From NCBI RefSeq assembly GCF_004010195.1, contig NC_057755.1, positions 4,808,155 to 4,865,167 of the forward strand: a stretch of 57,013 bases of DNA. The letters run 5' to 3'. This document shows, one piece after another, positions 49,261 through 57,013 of the stretch (the stretch's first letter is position 1; each line of letters begins with the position of its first letter). The notes under the pieces were generated by a model. That model was not told the DNA's origin. It did not search any database and worked only from the letters and a program-made list of their open reading frames with translations. A program made the position numbers and the translations under genes. The DNA comes from Chiloscyllium plagiosum (Eukaryota).

Positions 49261-50271
49261 GCCTGATTTAAAACTAACATCAAATTTAAGATGAATAGCA
49301 TCAGAGACAAGTTTAATAAACACTGTTAATTGGATCATGGAGATATGGTTTATTAAAGAAAACAGACCTCCATAAATAAGAGGCAACGTACATTCCCAGT
49401 ATTCAGCTTGTTTATCGTTGAAGCTTACTTTTTAGATGAAATCTTACAGTAACTTAAACCGATCTACCCTTCAATTGGAAACCACCCCTTTGGCCCCTGG
49501 AGATGGTAGCCGTAAATAGTAACGAGGGACCCATATGCTAGCGGGATGTGTGAATTGCAATTGCAGAATTCAGGAATATTTTAACGTGGTTAAGTATAGC
49601 AAGCAATATAAAGCTGCAAAGGTAGCGACAAGGGTGTCTGGGAAACGTTACGAGATCATGGGATAGCAGGGGCCATCTACAAAGACTATCCATCACTGAC
49701 CATCCGGTCACATTGTGAATTGGATTGGGTTCGTATGTCAGTAATTAATACCATGATTGTTCTGTAATTGCTTAAGGTGGGATAAAATAAATGTGTAAAA
49801 GTTTATGTCTTCCCTTTGTAGAGTGTATAAGCTTCTGAACCTCCAGGTGTTTCTTCACATCCGTGTGACATCAACTATCTCTTTGAAACTAGAAGTGGAA
49901 TCCGAGGATCAAGTGTCTTGTTTTGTTATTCCACCCAAAAGCATTTCTTTCACGTCAAAAAATTAATCTTATAGATGTAAGTTATCTTAAAATGAACTTA
50001 ATATTCATACTGACATTTGAATTCGTATTAATTTATTTTTTTCATTCATACGTGGGCTATGAGCATCATTGGGTGGGCCAGCATTTTTTTGCCTGCCTCT
50101 CATTGTCATTGAGAAGGTGGTGTTGAGCTGCAATCTTGAAACGCCACAGTCCACCTGCTGTGAGTGGACCCAGAATGTCCCGAGGGAAGGAATTCCTGGA
50201 TGTTGACCCAGCGACTGTGAAGTAACAGTGATATATTTCATGGTGGGCATGGTGAGTGGCTTGGAGGGAAT

Positions 50272-51857
50272 TCCCTTTCCAGGTGAAGATTTCTCTTTGC
50301 CCCACTTTCTATCCCTCATGGACTGAAATTGATTCTGGAAGGCAAACCGAGTTGTATGGACCAGCTCGTAATCATCAGCCACTTTAGCTGCTAATGTTGC
50401 CGTTTCAACTCTCTGGTCTTCCACATGAGTTTGCACTATTTCCTCACTGAGCTTACCCTCAGCTTGTATCTCTAGCCTTTTAAGCTAAATTTCCTTTCAA
50501 GTGACAATTTTTGAAGTTCAAACACTCTCTCGGTCTCTCTAATCTTCTGCTCTCTCTTTTCCCCTCTCTTCTGCATTTAATCGTAACACAACTGTTTCAT
50601 TTCTGCTACCTTTTCCTTATGTCTTGTTGCCAACTCAAGCTGCTTCATTTGCAATTGACCTCTTGCCATCTCTATAGATATTGATGGATTCTCCAGCAAG
50701 TTTAAGCGCTGAGCTACTGCTGTAATTATCTCTCATTTTCTCACAGAAGCAGACAGTTTCAATTCCATCTTCTCTGTTAATTATTGCAACTTGGTCTTTT
50801 TCACTTTTTTTTAAAAAACGTCCAAAGACACTGCATCCAATCCAGAAAAGTTTTGGCGACTGAAAGTGCCATTACTATCCCAAGCTTTGTCTACCCAACC
50901 AAACCAACACCCGAAGTAAAGACACTACCACTTACCACTCGCTGTTTAACATCCCGCAAAGAGCCCCCAGTCTGTTATGGACTCGGCCTGACCACGCAAA
51001 ACAGTCTTAAGCAGGCATCGCTCGACTATAACTTTGCAATTTGTTTCAGTAAGTGAACAGTGAAAATTACTGGGAGTAAGATAGCTAGGTCGACTACGAG
51101 ATTTTAAAATGGACAAAACATTGTTCACAAAATTACACAATGAAACACAAAGAGCAGAATTAGGAATCTCTACAGAACTCAGTTTATGAGCTGGTCCATA
51201 AAACTCGGTTTGCCTTCCAGAATCAATTTCAGTCCATGAGGGATAGAAATTGGGGCAAAGAGAAATCTTCACCTGGAAAGGGAAAGGTGAAGATCATAAT
51301 GATAACTTACCACAGGGTAAACATAAAACCCTTGAGGGGGACAAAGAAGTTTAAAAGCTCTCGTGTTTTATTGTCATAAAGTGGGCCACACGAAATCACA
51401 ATGTTGGTGGGCTAGGAGAAATCCAGATTAGAGTTAATTATGCTGTTCTGAATATACACAAGTCTGAACAAGCAAACTTCCTTTAAGAGCCAGTATAAAT
51501 GGAACACATGCTTATAGGTCGAAGGTAAAAGGTAGGAAAGAGAGAGAGTTTTCACACAGTTCCCTGTTGAACTTGCCAGTTCAAGACTGAACTTAAACTT
51601 GTCTCAGCTCAGCTAGCCAGAGAGCTGACTACTCCCCTTTATTTATACAGGTCACTTCTAAAACAGGACCATTTTGGTTTGCAGTCTCATCTGTTTACAT
51701 ATAACCAAAAGGCCTCTGAAAATCCTTTTCATCTCTGTACCAAACCAGACTCATCAGAGCCCGGCACGGATTATTGCCCACTGATAAAAATCAAGGACAG
51801 AGTCTCCTTGCGCCAAGGAACGGCTTTTATGGGGGAAAAAAAGGACTAGCTTAGCAA
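50272..51857 (-). mobile_element. Gmr1-like Gypsy element 5' part: LTR (50973-51857), tRNA-Pro-like PBS (50951-50969), deleted gag
   Basis: Minus strand reads ccataaca-gac-TGGGGGCTCTTTGCGGGAT. gag ATG at 50872 (MALSVAKTFL), and AAKVADDYELVH further on. Confidence 0.85.
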
Positions 51858-51859
51858 TG

Positions 51860-52666
51860 CTGCTCCCCCACCTCTTTTACCTCCCTCCCTATTCTTTATG
51901 AAACATCTGAACCCCGGAACATCCAACAACCATTTCGGCCCCTGTGATGTCCAAGTCTCCATAATGTCCACAACATTGCAGCTCCAAGTACTGATCCATG
52001 CTCTAAGTGCATCACCTTATTCCTGACACTTCTTGCGTTAAAACAGACACACATCAATCCATCACACTAACTGCAACTTTATCTATCAACTCTCGATCCT
52101 TCTTCACAGACACGTTGGACGCTGTATCTGCCTGTTCACCAGCTACCCCATCTTCAGATGTGTTGCGCCCGTTCAATGCCCCTGCCAAACTAATTTAAAT
52201 CTTCACAGAGCGTTTTAACAAACCTTCCACTTCGGATATTGGTGCCCCTCCAGTTCAGTTGCAGTCCATCCTTCTTGCACAGGTCGTACCTTCCTCAGAA
52301 TGTATCCCAATGATTCACATATGTGAAGCCCTCCCTCTAACACCAACTCTCCAACCACGTGTTCATCTGCAGTCGCTCTCTGTTCCGAGCCTCACTCGCC
52401 CATGGCGCCGGTAGCAATCCTGAGATTACTACACTGTTCGTCCTGACATTTAGCTTCCAACCGAACTCCATATATTCTCTTTTCAGGCCCTCATCCTTTT
52501 TTTCCCAGTTGTGTCATTGGTACTGATGTGTATCACGACTTATCTCTGCTCACCCTCAGCTTTGGAAATCCTGTTGACTCGACGTGAGACATCCCTGACC
52601 CTAGTACCCAGGAGGTAACATACCATCCAGGGGCCTCGTTCGTGACCACACAATCTCCTGTCTGTT
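51860..52666 (-). mobile_element. CR1 ORF1 esterase and ORF2 start, cut by the gap
   Basis: Minus strand MVCYLLGTRVRDV, YDLCKKDGLQLNWRGTNI and endonuclease-type ETW; homologous to 36150-36950. Confidence 0.8.
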
Positions 52667-53166
52667 NNNNNNNNNNNNNNNNNNNNNNNNNNNNNNNNNN
52701 NNNNNNNNNNNNNNNNNNNNNNNNNNNNNNNNNNNNNNNNNNNNNNNNNNNNNNNNNNNNNNNNNNNNNNNNNNNNNNNNNNNNNNNNNNNNNNNNNNNN
52801 NNNNNNNNNNNNNNNNNNNNNNNNNNNNNNNNNNNNNNNNNNNNNNNNNNNNNNNNNNNNNNNNNNNNNNNNNNNNNNNNNNNNNNNNNNNNNNNNNNNN
52901 NNNNNNNNNNNNNNNNNNNNNNNNNNNNNNNNNNNNNNNNNNNNNNNNNNNNNNNNNNNNNNNNNNNNNNNNNNNNNNNNNNNNNNNNNNNNNNNNNNNN
53001 NNNNNNNNNNNNNNNNNNNNNNNNNNNNNNNNNNNNNNNNNNNNNNNNNNNNNNNNNNNNNNNNNNNNNNNNNNNNNNNNNNNNNNNNNNNNNNNNNNNN
53101 NNNNNNNNNNNNNNNNNNNNNNNNNNNNNNNNNNNNNNNNNNNNNNNNNNNNNNNNNNNNNNNNNN
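52667..53166. other. Assembly gap (500 N)
   Basis: Run of N. Confidence 1.
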
Positions 53167-53970
53167 TCATACAGTCATAGAGATGTACAGCACGGAAACA
53201 GACCCTTTGTTCCACCCCGTCCATGCTGACCAGATATCCTAACCTATTCTAGTCTCTTTGGCCCATATCCCTCCAAACCTTCCCATTCATAAACCCATCT
53301 ACCTACATTTAAAAGTTGCATTTGTACCAGCCTCCACCACTTCCTTTGACAGCTCATTCCATTCATGTACCACCCTCTGTGTGAACAAGTTGCCCCTTAG
53401 GTCTCTTTCATATCTTTCCCCTCTCACCCTAAACCTATGCCCTCTAGTTCTGGACTCCCCCATCCCAAGGAAAAGACTTTGTTTATTTATCCTATCCATG
53501 CCCCTCATGATTTTATAAACCTCGATAAGGTCACCCCTCAGCCTCTGATGCTCCAGGGAAAACAGCCCCAACCTATTCAGCCTCTCCCTGTAGCTCAAAT
53601 TCTCAAATCCGGACAAACTCCTTATAAATCTTTTCTGATCCCATTCAAGTTTCACAGCATCATTCCGATAGGAAGGAGACCAGAATTGCACGCCATATTC
53701 CAACAGTGGCCTAACCAATGTCATGTCCAGCCGCAACATGACCTCTCAATGCCTATACTCAAAACTCTGACCAATAAAGGAAAGCATACCAAACGCTGCC
53801 TTCATTCTCTTATCCACCTGCCACTCTACTTTCAAGGAGCTACGAACCTGCACTTCAAAGTCCCTTTGGTCAGCAACTCTCCCTCGGACCTGACCATTAA
53901 GTGCATAAGTCCTGCTAACAGTTGCTTCCCCAAAATGCAGCCCCTCGCTTTTATCTAAATTAAACTCCAC
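53167..53970 (-). mobile_element. CR1/HER1-type LINE 3' fragment
   Basis: LVRPLLEYGVQFWSP, RGDLIEVYKIM and FTQRVVHEWNEL. Confidence 0.9.
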
Positions 53971-53974
53971 CAAG

Positions 53975-54460
53975 TGGAATAGAATTGAAGGTTTTGGGGT
54001 GTTTTTGAAACATGCTAGTCACACATACATGGAAGTGAGTTACATATTGGAATCTAATCAAGAGGGTTCCGGGTGATTCATATAAATCCGACAGTGGGGA
54101 AACAAGCCCTTCGGCCTAACCAGACCACACTGACCCTCAAAGGAATAACCCATTCAGACCCATGTCCCCACATTTACCCTTGACCAATGCACCTCACCTA
54201 CACATCCCTGGAACACTTTGGGCAATTTTAACAGGGTTTGGATTGGAAGTTTAATATATAGAATAACAGCTACCCAGGAGTGTGATACAGACTGGAATCT
54301 AATCAAAGGATTGAGGTGGCAAATGTACAGAGTGCCTTAAAAATGGAAGTCAGTTACAGATTGGAATTTTATCAAGGGGATTCGGAATGATTATGTGTAG
54401 AATAACAGATACCCAGGAGTGAGCTGCAGACTGCAGTCAAATTGAGGGGATTGGACGATT
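53975..54460. repeat. Degenerate ~70-bp tandem repeat interrupted by a SINE 3' fragment (~54090-54230)
   Basis: Recurring 'gagtgagttacagactggaatctaatc-agggg..atatagaataacagataccc' units. Confidence 0.7.
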
Positions 54461-54464
54461 TGAG

Positions 54465-56447
54465 TCAGAGAGTCATAGAGATGTACAGCACAGAAACAGA
54501 CCCTTCGGTCCAAACCGTCCATGCGTACCAGCGATCCCAACCCAATCTAGTGCCTCCTGCCAGCACCCAGCCCATATCCCTCCAAACCCTTCCTATTCAT
54601 ATACCCATCCAAATGCCTTTTAAATGTTGCAGTTGTACCAGCCTCCACCACATCCTCTGGCCGCTCATTCCATTCATGTACCACCCTCCTTGAAAAACTT
54701 GACCCATAGGTCTCTTTTATCTCTTTCCCCTCTCACCCTAAGCCGATGCCGTATAGTTCTGGACTCCTCGACCCCAGGGAAAAGACTTTGTCTATTTACC
54801 CTATCCATGCCCCTCATAATTTTGTAAACCTGTATAAGGTCACCCCGAGCCTATGACGCTACAGGGAAAACAGTCCCAGCCTGTTCAGCCTCTCCCTGTA
54901 GCTCAAATCCTCTAACACTGCCAACATCCTTCTAAATCTTTTCTGAACCCTTTCAAGTTTCACAACATCTTTCCGATAGGAAGGAGACCAGAATTGCACA
55001 CAATATTCCAACAGTGGCCTAACCAATGTCCTGTCCAGCCGCAAAATGACCTCCCAACTCAATGCTCTGACCAGTAAAGGAAAGCATATCAAACACCTTC
55101 TTCACTATCCTATCTACCTGCGACTCCACTTTCAAGGAGCTATGAACCTGCACTCCAAGGTCTCTTTGTTCAGCAACACTCCCTAGGACGTTACCATTAA
55201 GTGTGTAAGTCCCGCTAAAATTTGCTTTCCCAAAATGCAGCAACTCGCATTTATCTGAATTAAACTCCATCTGCCGCTTCTCAGCCCATTGGCCCATCTG
55301 GTCCAGATCCTGTTGTAATCTGAGGTAATCCTCTTGTCTGTCCACTACACCTCTAATTTTCATGTCATCTGCAAACTTACTAACTGTACCTCTTATGCTC
55401 GCATCCAAATCATTTATGTAAATGACAAAATGTAGTGGGCCCAGCACCGATCCTTGTGGCACTCCACTGGTCACTGGCCTCCAGGCTGAAAAACAACCCT
55501 CCACCACCACCCGCTGTTTTCTAGCCAGTTTGAGCCAGTTCTGTATCCAAATGGCTAGTTCTCCCTGTATTCCATGAGATCTAACCTTGGTAATCAGTCT
55601 TCCATGGGGAACCCTGTCGAACGCCTTACTGAAGTCCATATAGATCACATCTACTGCTCTGCCCTCATCAATCTTCTTTGTTACTTCTTCAAAAAACTCA
55701 ATTAATCAAGTATGTGAGACATGATTTCCCACGCACAAAGCCTTGTTGGCTATCCCGAATCAGAGCTCAAAATGTGTTGCTGGAAAAGCGCAGCAGGTCA
55801 GGCAGCATCCAAGGAGCAGGAGAATTGATGTTTCAGGCATGAGCCCTTCTTCAGGAATGTGAGAAGGGCTCATGCCTGAAACGTCGATTCTCCTGATCCT
55901 TGGATGCTGCCTGACCTGCTGCGCTTTTCCAGCAATGAATTTTCAGCTCTGATCTCCAGCATCTGCAGTCCTCACTTTCTCCTATCCCGAATCAATCCTT
56001 GCCTTTCCAAATACATGTACATCCTGTCCCTCAGGATTCCCTCCAACAACTTGCCCACCACTGAGGTCAGGCTCACCGGTCTTTACCCTTTTATCCTTAA
56101 TATATTTGTAAAAGCCCTTTGGATTCTCCTAAATTCCATTTGCCAAAGCTATCTCATGTCCCCGTTTTGCCCTCCTGATTTCCCTCTTAAGCATACTCCT
56201 ACTTTCTTTATACGCTTCTAAGGATTCACTCGATCTATCCTGTCTATACCTGACATATGCTTCCTTCTTTTTCTTAACCAAACCCTCAATTTCTTCACTC
56301 AGCCAGCATTCCCTAAACCCAACAGCCTTCCCTTCCACCCTGACAGTAATATGCTTTCTTTGGATTCTTGTTATCGCATTCCTGAAGGCTTCCAATTTTC
56401 CAGCCGTCCCTTTACCTGCGAAAATCTGCCTCCAATCAGCTTTTGAA
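54465..56447 (-). mobile_element. CR1/HER1-type LINE ORF2 (RT), decayed
   Basis: YMDFSKAFDRVPH, SGVPQGSVLGP, SKFADD and DLGVQV. Confidence 0.92.
55763..55981. mobile_element. Short hairpin Penelope-derived element nested in CR1, 13-bp TSD
   Basis: ~85-bp inverted arms matching the termini of the Neptune element at 37301. TSD ctatcccgaatca at 55750-55762 and 55982-55994. Confidence 0.88.
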
Positions 56448-56689
56448 AGATGTGTTGACTAGTCAAGGTACTTCTCCCAGTTGTGAAAAATTCAAAATGA
56501 GAGGGCCAATGCTAACGGAGAGAGAGAGGAAAGATTTAAAGTGGTACTAAGGAGCAAACCTCTTCATGCAGAGAGCAGTGAGCGTATGGAATGAACTAGC
56601 AGAGGATGTGCTGTTGGTAGCTATAATTAGGATTGTTAAAAAGACAGCTGACTGTTTGCATCAATAGGAAGTGTGTAGAGAGCTATAAC

Positions 56690-57013
56690 TAAGAAGGAAA
56701 CAGAGGATTACTAAGAAGGAAATACGCAGAGAAAAAATGAGGTACTGGCCATTAATATAAAGGAGGATAGTAAAGGCTTTTTTAGGTATGTGAAAGGAAA
56801 AGGTTAAGACTAAAATTGGGCCCTTGAAGACAGAAACAGGGGAATATATTACAGGGGAAGAAATGGCAGAAGAATTGAATCGGTACTTCAGATCTGTGCT
56901 CACTGGGGAAGACACAAGCAATCTCCCTGAGGTAACAGTGGCTGAAGGACCTGAACTGAAGGGAATTTATATTTGCCAGGATTTGGTGTTGGAGAGACTG
57001 TTCGGTCTGAAGG
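56690..57013 (+). mobile_element. CR1 ORF2 fragment (tether region), runs off the window
   Basis: NIKEDSKGFF, KIGPLKTETG and EMAEELNRYFRSV. Confidence 0.75.

Overview
Eukaryotic, repeat-rich vertebrate DNA. The repeat content (HE1/V-SINE-type SINEs, CR1/HER1-type LINEs, Penelope-like elements) points to a shark or other elasmobranch. There are two 500-N assembly gaps (18797-19296, 52667-53166). The host content is a cluster of two-exon, orphan class A GPCR genes of the GPR139/GPR142-related type. Gene 1 (+) is 3935-4004 plus 8038-8987, 339 aa, intact. Gene 2 (+) is 17135-17201 plus 18279 onward, cut by the first gap. Gene 3 (-) is 26715-26649 plus 21828-20957, 312 aa. The ORF track misses all three short first exons. 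Two further copies of the gene-1 promoter/exon-1 unit lie at ~43.5 kb (disrupted by a LINE insertion and a donor mutation) and ~46.0 kb (open, no exon 2 seen in the window), consistent with birth-and-death evolution. The rest is mostly decayed transposons: Gmr1-like Gypsy LTR elements with a tRNA-Pro-like PBS, a near full-length CR1 with an esterase ORF1, Neptune- and Poseidon-type Penelope elements, short hairpin derivatives with 12-14 bp TSDs, Rex1/Babar fragments, SINEs and microsatellites. A nested insertion (Penelope in CR1 in Gypsy LTR in a duplicated GPCR upstream region) spans 35.1-42.6 kb. All calls come from reading the sequence by eye; no searches were run, family names rest on recalled motifs, and boundaries of decayed repeats are approximate.
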